Shown: positions 38,038-49,949, counted from the whole stretch's first letter. The stretch is DNA of 63,481 nucleotides, filler included, from Folioceros fuciformis (GCA_049999805.1; 5 parts of 5 records of this genome joined end to end with filler, not necessarily neighbours in it); one strand, 5' to 3'. The notes: generated from the letters alone by a model not told the origin. Numbers and translations are program-made.

Positions 38038-39790
38038 CTATTCCTTATGAGTTGCGAGGCAGGTTGGGCAAAGCCACTCATCTTCGAGTACTTTTATCAG
38101 TGCCGGTTTCAGGCAAAACAAACGGTATCCCCTGTTGCATCGATTGCATAGCAACATGCTTTCAGCATCTTCGATGTACCCACAGATTTTGCAAGGCAAA
38201 TTAGCTGGGGGCACCCAACCCTGTGGTTGAATTCTAGTGTCCAACTTTGGCAAATGATAAGTTGCCAAATGTCTCAAGTGTTCCTTGCACCGTCGCCCAT
38301 CTTCTCCTTCTAGCTCCATCTCTCTCTGGTCGCCCACCTTGACCACTCGCAAAATTTATCTCCCGGTGTTGATGTCTAGCGTGTTTGCCAGCCTTCTTTG
38401 GAGATAAACAAAGTCACCAACTTCTAACTTCCTTACTTTCGGTTTCCATGATCCTCCCCACCTGAACGCATATCTCAGTTGATCCATGTGTTGGGCAATG
38501 GCTAGGTTCTCCATGGCCATTAGTAGCATTGGTCGCAGCTTCTCTACCCTATTGGTTAGTTCTCACAAGCATTGTTATGGATTGCATGACCAATGCAACA
38601 CCTTGGAGTATCAATCCGCCATTATGTTGGGTAACACAACATTCCTACCATACAAGATGTAGTAAGGGCTGAACTTCCCTAGTGCTGCTTGCAAACTCAC
38701 CCAATATCTAAGTGCGATGGATGGCACCAACTCATCCCAGCAGGTTGGATCTACTTCAAGGCAGTAATTTCTTAGCGCATCTTTGAATGTTTGGACCAAT
38801 TGTTTTACTAACCTGTTTGCCTCGAGGTGGTCTTGCGATGTTTGGCGATGATCAATTAGGCTTCTATTGAGTAGTCCCAAAAATTCACCTCGGACCTCAT
38901 TCCCTTGATTTATCAATACTTCTACATAGCTCCCAAACTGACTCATTACACACTATAAGAACACTATGGCCGTGAAGCGTGAAGTTCTTGTCGGCAGGAA
39001 AGCCACTTCCACCCATTTGGAGAAATGTTCAATCATCAGCACACATTGCTTGTTGCCTTGCTTGGTTGGAGGCCACTCTAGCATTAGATCAACCGACGAC
39101 CTATAGAACAACCCTTTGATGGGCAAAGGATGTAGCACTAGATCCTCATGGTTGAACCTTGCTTTTATTGCATCACACGCCACACACCTTGCTATCACTC
39201 TTTCAACATCAGCATACATACTTGCCTAGAAATATGTGTGTTTGCGCATGTGATGCATCCTCTTTACTCCAAAATGCCCCAACATTCAATGCACCTTTAG
39301 TACCAACCTTTCTCTATCTTGTATGGCAAGTACTTCCTTAGTGATGCCTTTGTCGTTGATCTAGAGTTTGCCTTCCTTCCACTCATACCTAGCCACTTGC
39401 CTTCTTAGCTTTTCTGCAGTCACAAGATTAAGCTCCTTAAGGTCCTTGCCTTGTAACAATTGTATGGCCAATTTTTGTCTCTAGATGTCTCTTTTATGCA
39501 TTCAGCCAACCCCTATGTTGGCTCAGCTCCAACTGCAAGAAGCACCAAATAAAGCTCGAAACCCTTCATCGTTATGATCTTCGCCAACACATGTCTCATC
39601 GGCATGATTGTTGCTGGGGTTGCATCTTAGGCCATCAACATTGTGGTGCATCTTATTAGGTCTATGCACTATTTCCCCATTGTATTCTAACCGCAGTATT
39701 GCCAATCTGGCCAACTTCCCGCTTACTTTCATGTTGGTCATTAGCCCGTGTAGCAGCTGATGATTGATTGGTTTAGTGTTTAGGTTTTGC
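38038..39790 (-). mobile_element. Decayed Ty3/gypsy pol 3' part: end of RNase H, integrase, C-terminal PHD finger
   Basis: GKLARLAILRLEYNGEIVHRPNKMHHNVDGL (RNase H end), CVACD, SVDLM..IEHFSKWVE, SPYYILYGR, then CKIC..LLCNRCNRGYRLFCLKP..WLCPTC before the stop at 38038. A probable LTR lies to the left (~37070-38007). Confidence 0.88.
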
Positions 39791-40150
39791 CAAGAGTGTG
39801 AGCTCTTGATCTTTGGGGACCGGGGTGGTCGATGGAGGCGGTTGTTGTGGAGACGGTGATGAAGGTTAGGAAAAGGCGAAATGAAGCGGGAGCGCGCTCG
39901 GAGACTGAGCTTGCATTTGTTCTTGGGAAATAAACAGAGGCAAGGGCGGAGGTAAAATTTGTTGACGTCCAAGGCGAGAGTTGGTGATTGCCGAAGAAGG
40001 TGGTGACGGATGGCAGCCCCTGACGTTGAGACGGGACTGGAGTCGGAGGGAAGCGCTCGACGCTCGTCTGCTATTTCTTCACATTGCCAGATCCTCGGTC
40101 CGCGGGACCCTGGGAAGAATGTGGCGGCCGTGGAATCGGACACGACTGCC

Positions 40151-40810
40151 ATGGCCGGGGAGTTGGGATTTCCTGCCTGGGCCAGATCCGTGGACCAGGG
40201 TCTGGCTGCGTATGGCGTCGATCCCGATAAGGGGTTGAGTAGTGCTGTTGTGGAGCGGCGGAGGACGCAGTACGGGTGGAACGAGTTGGAGAAGGACGGG
40301 GGGGAAGCCTATGTGGAAGCTGGTGCTGGAGCAGTTTGATGACACGCTTGTTAAGATTTTGCTTGCAGCCGCTGTGGTGTCCTCCGTGTTGGCGTACGTG
40401 GAGCCGCTGGTCATTCTCTTGATTCTTGTCATCAACGCTGTGGTCGGAGTCTGGCAGGAGAGCAACGATGAGAGAGCACTGGAGGCGTTGAAGGAGATGC
40501 AGTCCGAAAGCGCCAAGGTGTGGAGGGACGGAGCTGTTATTTCCGACTTGCCGGCTAGGGAGCTGGTTCCAGGAGATGTCGTGGAATTGAGGGTTGGAGA
40601 CAAGGTGCCAGCGGACATGAGGATTGCCATGCTGAAGACCTCCACCCTCAGGGTTGAACAGAGCTCTCTCACGGGAGAGAGTATGGCAGTTACCAAGACG
40701 TACCACCCGGTCACAAGCGAGGATTGCATGGTTCTTGCAGGGACTTACGGGCCAGACGGTGCTGAAGACGCTGGTGAGTAGCAGGCTGGCTGATTCGGCC
40801 TTCCAGTTGG
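40151..40810 (+). pseudogene. 5' fragment of a P2A-type (ECA/SERCA) Ca2+-ATPase
   Basis: [86 protein letters not shown]. There is a +1 frameshift in a G7 run (40298-40304), two apparent in-frame deletions, and loss of homology after MVLAGT. Confidence 0.85.
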
Positions 40811-43722
40811 NNNNNNNNNNNNNNNNNNNNNNNNNNNNNNNNNNNNNNNNNNNNTTAATTAATTAANNNNNNNNNNNNNNNNNNNNNNNNNNNNNNNNNN
40901 NNNNNNNNNNCCTCTTCCCATCCTTCGTTCCTTAGCGCGAATGAATTGCTGAGGACCCACTCCTCCCTGACCCACATGACGACGTAATCTTCCATGAAAC
41001 ATCAGAAAAGATCTCGAGCGTACGAGTTCCAAGCCTAGAAAAATTAAAAAAAAAACTGATGGAGCCAATGGTGTGGTGCAGGTGATGGGCATTTGATTCC
41101 GTATTCTATGCGGACCTGTTGCAAACCCGCTGACAGAGCATGCCGGTGGCAAATCACAAAGAGGGAAGGAGTATCGGCATAATTTTTCTCATTTAATCCT
41201 AGACCATCCACCGCACGCTTTGCTTGCGCGTTTCATATTCGCTGCTCAGCTGTGATCTCCTAGGAGAAGGTTAGCAGCCATGGCTTACCTCGTGGAATCC
41301 TCTCTTTAAGGAGAATGCGTAGCAGCAGGGAATGGAATATCTAAGGGAAATAATCTTGTGGGAACTACATTGTTCATGTTTTGAGAGCCCACACCTACAA
41401 TCACACTTAAACAACATCTATGAAAGGGGACAACTGCATTGAAACAACGTTTCTATAACGTGCTTATTTGAGTCCATACAACTTCATAGAGTGCATGCCG
41501 GGCCTCTCTTGTACATGACAAGTAATAAGTAGTGCACATGGAGCATTTTAGGGTGGGACGCTTCAATCTTCCGCTCCAATGTCTTTAAGCGTACTGTTCC
41601 TCGGTCCCGTTCATGTATGGGCGGCCGTTACAAACACTTTGATTGCTGGCTGGTAGTGATGTGGACGGCTCAGCTGCAAGGTAGTGAAGAGGCCGAATGA
41701 TCAAATCCAGTACTTGCCTTGAGGGCTGCGTTCCAACTGCTTGGGTATGACGTGGTGGAGGGCGTTTTCCAGGTATCTACATTTTTGTTCGATATGTCAG
41801 AACTTGGACCGCGTCACAGACTAAGATGTGCCGGCGACGATATTCTGCCAGGCCAGGGGAATAGTGGAGTGGCCAGCTGTGGGCCAGCATAAATCGACGG
41901 TGGGCAGAAGCTGGACTCGAGGTCTTAGCACTTGCTCCCCTAGACTTTGCTGAGATATGCTGTCCAGAGCAACGGCACGATATTTCAGCGGGGGCTGTCA
42001 GCATAGGAAACGCCAAGTAAATGGGAAAGCCTGGCTCTAGTACATATTGGTTGTAGTTGCCAGATTGGTGACGCCCTGCTCTCCAGGGTTGGAGGTTCAA
42101 GGACACGCAAAGACAAATTGGGAATCTGACACGGGAGTACCAGCCACCTAAAAGTAAGTTCGTAACACGGGCCCGGTTTACAGCAGCTCCTTCGCCTGCT
42201 CAGAGTCTTTATGCCTTGACTACTGACTGACCTTGCAACACGGGCTTTGTTGACAGTACAGGGCCAGCCCTCTATTTGAGAGTAAGCTGCTCTTGCTGAT
42301 TATTCATGATGCCGATTCCTTTGATGATGAACAGCTTGGGTATTTGACAGCAACTGGGAAGGAACAAGTTTGAGAATGGGAATAACGAAAGCACAGAATC
42401 TACTTGTGCTTGTCTGGCTGCTTCATTGCCTGTTGTCGGGCTCGGTTACCAGGGCATTTACAACTGAGCAAGCTCTCCGAGTTCCGACAGGTTGCGTTCA
42501 ACGTCTGTTGCAAAACCGGAACCCCGTTAATTTCTCTGTCCATGACATTGTGTGCTTACAGACATTGTGGGCTGAGCTGCAGGGAGAGGGGCAGGGGCGC
42601 CATTTCAGCGACAGGACAGATTCAACAAGCACAAGCTTCCCTCAGTTACCCGGAGTGAAAATCTCGGCCCTGTGTCGGCAGAGGACCGTGGGAAGCTCTA
42701 CATTCGAGGGTCCTCCAGCTATGCTTCATCCGCCCCTGAACAAGCACGTAGGACAGCCCGGGAGAGAGTGTGTTTTATTCTCGGCCTAAAACTCAATTGC
42801 AGTTTCCGGCACAGGATAATCATACCATTGCCTGGCTTGCTGCCACGCCCGAGATTACGCCCCCGTGCCCCACCTACTCCCCATGGCAGGCTGCCACCGG
42901 ATGATAGAATAGATACAGCGCCTCTGCCTGTGACGGAACCCTCGCCCTAATCAAATCTCGTGGACTAAGTGTGGCGTGGCCAGTACGGTTTGCCCGCAAC
43001 AACAGGCTAGGACTAATCTCGTCAGGGAACGCTCCACAATACATTCGAGTTTCATAGCAGCGTGTCCACAGTGAGATAAGGATTGCTGACTGGCATCTCG
43101 TACCAAATTGCCTAGCTGCAAATAGAATCGGTGGCATACCCGCTGGCCCCGGACCGGGTCCTTGGTATCTTCATGGAAGGCTTTAAACCCAATGCTGCGT
43201 TCAGCCTCCTCAATAATCAGACATTGAATATGAATATGCGTGCATTCATGCACCAACTCTAGCAGGCAGCCGTCATGGGGAGCAAACCCTGCAAGGGACA
43301 TGTTCTCTCTATAGTACAAGCTAGGGGCGTCATCCCTTTGCACCAAGGATCCCGGACTGTCACGGTGGAGTGTACCAGAAAGTAAAAACTTTCCTCCCAC
43401 CTAGACTCCAAATCCTCAACAACCGACCCGACCGACCTTACTCTTTCTCGACTTTACGGCCGCCCATGTGTGAGAGTTTCGCACATGGCATTCGTACGCA
43501 CAGCGTTGTTTCCCACCATGGGATGGACGGGATCCGTCATCATTCTCCCGCCTCACAGAGTATCGAGCAGGCCACACCTTCCGCCCCGCAATAATTTATG
43601 CAAGTTGGGAGAAGAAAAAGCATGTTACATGCCACTTCTGTCCACGGGAGGCTGTCAGTAGTCAGTGCTTTATCTGGATTTCACGGCTCCTAGGAGACAC
43701 TAGGATCCACCCATGGGGTACT

Positions 43723-43728
43723 TATAAA
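43723..43728 (+). promoter_or_regulatory. Candidate TATA box of dirigent-like gene 1
   Basis: TATAAA ~150 bp upstream of ATG 43874. Confidence 0.4.
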
Positions 43729-43873
43729 CCGAGGTGCCATCGTCTCGCTCACTGCCAGCGGTCCTCAGCAGCTTACACCCTTTTGCACTCGACTCGGGCC
43801 TACACCCATTTCGATCCTGGCGAGACGAGAGTCTTTCGCTACCGTCTCATCAAGCGTCTAAAGAGCAGGTGCC

Positions 43874-44473
43874 ATGTCACGCCAGGCGGCTATCCAAATG
43901 GTTCTGTTGGCGCTGTTGCTGCAGCTGGTGACGCGTCCGGTGGCGGCCTACTTCACGTACACCTTGAACGTCTACGCGCACCTGACGCTAGGGGGAAATT
44001 CGCCAACGGAGATCCTCGTGGCGCCCTACAACGTGGCGTACGGCTACGGGGCCATCATCGTGGCGGACGACGACCTCACCAGTGGGCAGGCCAGCAGCAC
44101 CAAGGCAGTGGGGCGGGTGAAAGGGCTGGGCGTCAATACGGACCGAGACACTGGCATCCTCAACTCCTCGCTCTACCTCACTTTCTTTATCGACTATCTG
44201 GGATTCAAGGGCACGGTGGTGGTCGTCGGCACCAGCGTCCGCACTGATACCGCCCGCGCATTCGCCATCGTGGGCGGCACCGGCAACTTCGTCCTCGCCC
44301 AGGGCCAAGCAACGCAGCAAACCGTCGACGTGCAGCAGAATTCCGACGGCGGTGCCACCACCACCAACCTGTGGTCTCTCACCTTCTACTACGAACTTTT
44401 CCACCCGGCCCTGGCCCAGCTCTCCTCTGACCTCGCCCTCAACGGCGAGACCCCCGTCTGGAACGTTGTCTGA
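43874..44473 (+). CDS. Dirigent-like protein 1, secreted, 199 aa, intronless
   Basis: Signal peptide; YGAIIVADDDLTSGQASSTKAVGRVKG and RAFAIVGGTGNFVLAQG correspond to the dirigent FG..DD..T/VGRAQG and IVGGTG.F..ARG motifs. Confidence 0.88.
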   Translation: MSRQAAIQMVLLALLLQLVTRPVAAYFTYTLNVYAHLTLGGNSPTEILVAPYNVAYGYGAIIVADDDLTSGQASSTKAVGRVKGLGVNTDRDTGILNSSLYLTFFIDYLGFKGTVVVVGTSVRTDTARAFAIVGGTGNFVLAQGQATQQTVDVQQNSDGGATTTNLWSLTFYYELFHPALAQLSSDLALNGETPVWNVV

Positions 44474-44919
44474 TGATGAAGAAAATGGAAGAATAGACGA
44501 GACTTCTAACGTACGAGAGGTCGTGCCTGCAAAACCCAACCGTGTTTCGCTGCTCTTCGGACACGTGCGGGACACGTACGGCACTCTCCTATCCATCGAA
44601 GTGGATGTATCTCAATGAATAAAGTTTTTTTGGTTGTTGTTGTTGTCCTCGACAGGGGCATTGTTTGTGTGTTTGAACGACTGCCATTTGCCCCGTCTCC
44701 CAAGACTCGAGAGAGAATGGACGTTTGCATAAATATTCGTTGTGCTGGCAGCCGCCTTGTGCATTATGAAGGGAATCGAAGGACAGTCTGATCGTTCGCG
44801 CACATCAACGTGGTCCTGGTGCTCTGACACTTCAATAATGCAGCACAGGGGGCTGGAACTACACAATCTTCTACCTGACAAGACGAGCTGTGGTGAAAGT
44901 TTGAAGAATCGAGCTACTG

Positions 44920-44925
44920 TATAAA
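44920..44925 (+). promoter_or_regulatory. Candidate TATA box of dirigent-like gene 2
   Basis: TATAAA ~50 bp upstream of ATG 44974. Confidence 0.45.
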
Positions 44926-44973
44926 GCCTTCAGTGCTGGGCACAACTCCTAGAGTTACTCTCTGCTTACAGCG

Positions 44974-45588
44974 ATGGCGAGATGTATAGGCCTCCTGCTC
45001 TGCGCATTAGCGTTGACGTTGGTTGCTGCCACGGCGGAGCAGCTTGGGGGAGCTTACATCATATACACCTTGCCTTTGTATGTGCATTTGAGGACGGGGG
45101 GTTCATCGCCCACGGAGGTGACGGTGGTGCTTTACAACAACACGTTTGGGTTTGGGGCGTTGCTGGCGGCGGACGACTACATCTCGGCCGGGAGCGACAT
45201 CACTTCTGCCGCTGTGGGGCGGGTGAAGGGGATTGGAGGGAACACGGATCAGAGCAACCAGGGGCAGAACTCCTCGCTCTACCTCACGTTCCTCATCAAC
45301 TACCAGGGCGTCAATGGGACGGTGATCATCATCGGCACCAGCGTGCGGAGCGAAACTGTGCGGCCCTTCGCCATCGTCGGGGGAACCGGGGATTTCGTGC
45401 TGGCCAAGGGTTCCGCCACCCAGCAGAAGGTCTCCTCCGCAGTGAACGAAGACGGCAGCAGCAACACCACTAATCTCTGGACGCTCAACTTGTACTACGA
45501 CCTTTTCTCCCCAACCGTGGCCAAGCTTGCTTCCGTCAACTTGGGCACGCTGGAGCGCGTTCCCGCGCTGCAAATGGCGGTGTCGTGA
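44974..45588 (+). CDS. Dirigent-like protein 2, tandem paralogue, 204 aa
   Basis: Signal peptide; FGALLAADDYISAGSDITSAAVGRVKG and RPFAIVGGTGDFVLAKG. Collinear with paralogue 1 (NSSLYLTF, GTSVR, TTNLW). Confidence 0.88.
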   Translation: MARCIGLLLCALALTLVAATAEQLGGAYIIYTLPLYVHLRTGGSSPTEVTVVLYNNTFGFGALLAADDYISAGSDITSAAVGRVKGIGGNTDQSNQGQNSSLYLTFLINYQGVNGTVIIIGTSVRSETVRPFAIVGGTGDFVLAKGSATQQKVSSAVNEDGSSNTTNLWTLNLYYDLFSPTVAKLASVNLGTLERVPALQMAVS

Positions 45589-46151
45589 GAGTCTGTGAGA
45601 CGGCGTTCTGAAAGGGGTTGCGCATTTCTGAATGGAGGCGGAGTCATGATACGAGAACGTGGTTAGTAGGCCTCCTAATCGCCTTCAGGAGGATGAAGGA
45701 GGAATTCTAAAGTCCATCAAGCCTACTTAGGAGCTAGAGCGTTCCTGTTGTACAGGGAGGGTTTACTACTCCCTCCGTAGCTTGAGACTCGGGAGGAGTT
45801 GCCTACTAGCAGCCTTGTGAACTGTAATGTAAACACACGTTTGAATTAAGAGTCTAGATCCGTTCACCGGCACGGAGTTGCACTGGTAGACACGAAAGTG
45901 GGCAAAGTTCATGACAACTGTGGGATTAAGCATCTTGCACTTTGATCGGCACTCCCGGAAGGCATGCCTGACATTGCTCATCCCAGTGCCTAGACCAAGA
46001 ACAAGAATTACTTGGGCTTTTTTCCTACATGCCTAGACCAAGGCAGGCTAATAAGGGGACGATGAAGTTCCATGCACATCAAGCTGCTCCAGTGCAGACT
46101 GCGCGAGGCCAACACAAGGGGAAGATTATGGCGAAGTTTACATGTATTGTA

Positions 46152-48271
46152 CTAATGTTCTTCGTCTGGAGTAAATTGTGCTTCATTCGTGGCCAGATGT
46201 GCGTAGAGATGGTGAGGCAAGCGAGGCGTCCCCATGGCCACGAGATGGTGCTTGAGGGGGCATGTCATTCCATACACCTCTGTCAAGTCCACTTTGGCTC
46301 CAGGTGGACAGGCCCAGTCGAAGCATTGGATGAGCCTCGCTACTCCCAGTAGCACAACGAGGGTGCCGAGCGTGGCACCGGGACACCCTCGTCTTCCTCC
46401 TCCGAACACTGCAATTCTGAACTCGGGGTCTTTCAAATCGGGGCTGCCTTCCGCTGCAAAGCGCTCAGGATCGAATTGCTCTGGATTGTCCCACACATCA
46501 GGGTTGCGGCCCAGTCCAAAAANNNNNNNNNNTTGCTCTGGATTGTCCCACACATCAGGGTTGCGGCCCAGTCCAAAAAGATTAACGAGCACTGTAGTCC
46601 CTTTCGGAATATGATACCCCGCTACCTGTGAAACCATGCGCAATGGAGAAATCGATTTGCCGATTTCAGGAGATCAAGCAAGTCCAGGTTGTTAGCAGCT
46701 ACCTGAGTGGCGACCATAGACAAGCGCGGCACCACGAAGGGGCCGGAGGGATGCAGTCGCTGAGCCTCCTTCACCACGCATCGCAAGTACTGCAAGTTCA
46801 TCACATCCGATTCGTCGACCAGCCTGTGCGTGCCTACCTTGTCGTCGATCTCGCTCTGCACTTTCTTCAGAATGTTAGGGTTGAGCAGGAGCTCGGCCAT
46901 GACGTACTCGCTTGACACGGACGACGTGTCGGTGCCAGCAGCAATCATGTCCTGGCAAGCACACGTCCCAGAGTCCACTCTTGAATACTGTACAGGCATT
47001 AGCAGCTTGGACAACTTTCGCCGTATGTTGCAATTGATGGTACAAAGCAGTGGTGAGGCAAGCAAAGCTTTACATGAAGAATGCCCTTGACGGCTGTGTT
47101 GGACAGGGGTGCTCGTTCTTCTTCTTGCCTTCCGTTGGTGGAAGCTAAGAGCAAGTCCACGAAATCCTTAGGCTGGCTTCCAGGATGCTGTTTCTGGAAC
47201 TGCCTTCGCTCCTCGATGATGCCGTCGTACATGTAGTCAACTTGTCTCCGAATGGCTCGCATCTGCTTCTCGTAGCCCTGTCGAACTTGTGCAAAACGAT
47301 CAGCCTTGGCACGATACACACATGATTTGTACTTTCGTACAGAAGGGAGTCCGATTCGGGACAATTCCCTTGAAATCCACAGGACTAAAGCTTACTTGCA
47401 AGTCGAACCTCCGCAGGTACGGCAGATAATCGGATATGTTCGTTGCTCCCATGAGCTGGAAGGATTTGTGAAGCATCTTCAGAATGTCCGATTCTTGGCA
47501 GCGTGTCTCAGTTATCGGATTGCTCTGGCAGTAGCTCTTGCTGAAGAGCATCCGGGTGATGATGTTCATAGCGAAGCTTCCAAGCGTGATCTGCAGGTCT
47601 GTCACCTCGCCAGCTAGGTAGTTCTCCCAAATTCTTTGCACCATGATGTCCGCCTCCTCTCTCCTCGACGTTGCGAATAACTCCAGACGCCTGACACTCA
47701 GATGGGAAAATCTGTGATATTACACGGTGCTGGCGACAACGAATCACATGATTTCATCCACAGAGATGTTGAACATACATGGGTCACTTCGCACAAACCT
47801 TGGGGTCAAGAGCTCCGAAACGCAGATCCGCCGGGCATTTCTCCAAGCAGGTCCGTAAGGCGCCATGGCGATGTCATTGAACTCGTAGGCGAAGTATTCG
47901 GCAGCCACAGTGGGAGCTCTGGACGCGAAGACATGATCCTGCGTCTTGAGGATCTCCTTGGCGATGTGAGGGGAGCAGGTGGCTAAGGTAGGCCTGACGC
48001 CGAGCCGGAGGTACACAATTGGTCCGTATTTGCGATTGAGCTTGGCAAGTGCTCGGTGCGGATCGGATCCCAGCTGGAACAGATTGCCTATTATCGGGAG
48101 GCCTGGTGGACCTGGAGGGAGAGGGAGATTCGGGCTGCTGGTCTCTCTCCGGCGCCGGACCTTGGAACAGATCTGAAACCACAGCTTACCGATGTTGCGC
48201 TGACGGAGCAGCATACACAGATGGCAGGCCACCAACAGCAATCCCAAGGCAACCATGAACATTCTTGCCAT
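46152..48271 (-). CDS. Cytochrome P450, CYP71 clan, CYP703-related, 5 exons
   Basis: Exons 48271-47799, 47690-47396, 47277-47074, 46951-46703, 46625-46152. Membrane anchor, [14 protein letters not shown]-helix [14 protein letters not shown] (ExxR), PERF and heme motif [21 protein letters not shown] and PRL..HLY resemble CYP703 as recalled. The 47-bp duplication around the N gap at 46523-46532 is an assembly artefact. Confidence 0.92.
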
Positions 48272-49079
48272 CCTTACAATTTGTTCGGGGTGAACACTGA
48301 GCTTCTTTGAACAGAAGCCTACTTGATGTTGAAGCCAGGACAATGCTGAAACCTGCAGGAACTTCAATACCCGAGCAATATGGACGCATGCCTGGGGGAA
48401 GGAATAAGTACAATCGTAAGAGAGGAGTAAATATGCACAGGCTGGAGCCGGACACTGCCTCAGGCTCCCGGTGCAATAGAATCCTATCAGAAGCTTTTTT
48501 TAACACAGTAGGTGCCGAGGCAGCCTCACTGTACATCATGGCCCTGGCTCCAGCCTGGGTGATGCCTGAGCGTCATCTTGGCAATTATCTTCAGTTTGGA
48601 CAGTGACTCCTACCAGATCCACAGACAAAAGTGCGACCAACCAGCAGGCACGCATCCACCCGTGCAAGTTATCAAAATTCATCAAGCTTCAAACGTGCGG
48701 ACTTGCATTGCGCACACCTCTGTGTTTGCTTTTTCAGGCTATTCCACGAAGGGTGCTAAGGAAAATCCGGTTGTAGAGCTTCAAGTCCAGGGGCTTCACC
48801 TTACTCCAGATGTTCAGACTCCCGTGAGTACAACTCTCGACAGCACACGTGCCCCAGCTCTCAAGTTCTTAGCTGCTCAGGTAACACTCAGTTTTCAGCT
48901 ACCAACTTCTTGGCCACAAAAGTATGCATGTCTTTCACATACACACAAATGATCTTGTTGTAGCCTTGTATACCAGATACCAAATCTACCTTCCATGAGC
49001 AACGTACATAATAAATAAGAACTTGCAAGTCATTGACTTGCAAAGGTAATGAATCAAACTTAATCTTGACAGCTGCATA

Positions 49080-49620
49080 CATTCCAGCTAATCCTTATGG
49101 AGCTCCTCGTGGAGCTCATGTAGACCTTGTTATATATTCCAGGGTAATCTTATGGAGCTCCTCATGGAGCTCATGTAGACCTTGCTATATATTCCAGGCT
49201 AATTGATTAGTGTTAATGGAAGACTCATTGTTTTCTTCGTGGGAAAATCATATTAGTACAGCCTTAGGCTACTCGATTAGTAACAATGGAAGACTCGTTG
49301 TTTTTTTTTGTGGAAATCACATCAATACAGCCTCAAGCTAATCGATTAGTGACAGTGGAAGACTCATTGTTTTTTTCGTGGGAAAATCATATTAGTACAG
49401 CCTTAGGCTACTCGATTAGTGACAATTAAAGACTCATTGGTTTTTTTGTGGAAAAATCACATCAATACAGCCTCAAGCTAATCGATTAGTGACAATGGAA
49501 GACTCATTGTTTTTTTCGTGGGAAAATCATATTAGTACAGCCTCAAGCTAATCGATTAGTGACAATGGAAGACTCATTGTTTTTTTGGGGGGGAAATCAT
49601 ATTAGTATAGCCTCAGGTTA
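49080..49620. repeat. Tandem repeats upstream of the P450: ~55 bp x2, then ~70 bp x6
   Basis: Unit GCTAATCGATTAGTGACAATGGAAGACTCATTGTTTTTTCGTGGGAAAATCATATTAGTACAGCCTCAA, with two alternating variants. Confidence 0.92.
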
Positions 49621-49949
49621 ATACGGAAGAACAAATAGGAGACGAAGACATCAAGGACATGTCATCGCCAATGAAAGTCTAAGACTAAGAGCTACCAACT
49701 AAGAGCCACAAATGTCTATCACCAGTTGATACGAGAAAAAGCAAAGCTGCATACCTACGTGAATGGGGACATATTAACCCTCTCCATTGTGCCACCCTCT
49801 CCACGGGCAAACATGATTCCAATGGGTTTGATTTCCATTCACCAAGAAACTAGCCAACCTCCAATCTTTCCTCTTGAATTTTTGAGAGGATGCTGCTCTC
49901 AACCCTTCCGCTGTGAAAAGAACTTGTTCCCATACTTGCAATAGCAAGG

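Noticed and set aside
39523-40152. 209-aa ORF as a novel gene
   Set aside because: It is a chance fusion of the antisense ECA upstream region with the decayed gypsy RNase H frame.
46476-46579. Internal duplication in P450 exon 5
   Set aside because: An identical 47 bp lies on both sides of a 10-N gap, which indicates unmerged contig overlap. A similar overlap occurs at the 56459 gap.
7939-48271. GDSL lipase as part of the dirigent/P450 cluster
   Set aside because: It lies ~35 kb away across two artificial linkers, and GDSL genes are very common.
49197-49620. Palindromic repeat array as CRISPR
   Set aside because: The whole 70-bp unit repeats, so there are no unique spacers.
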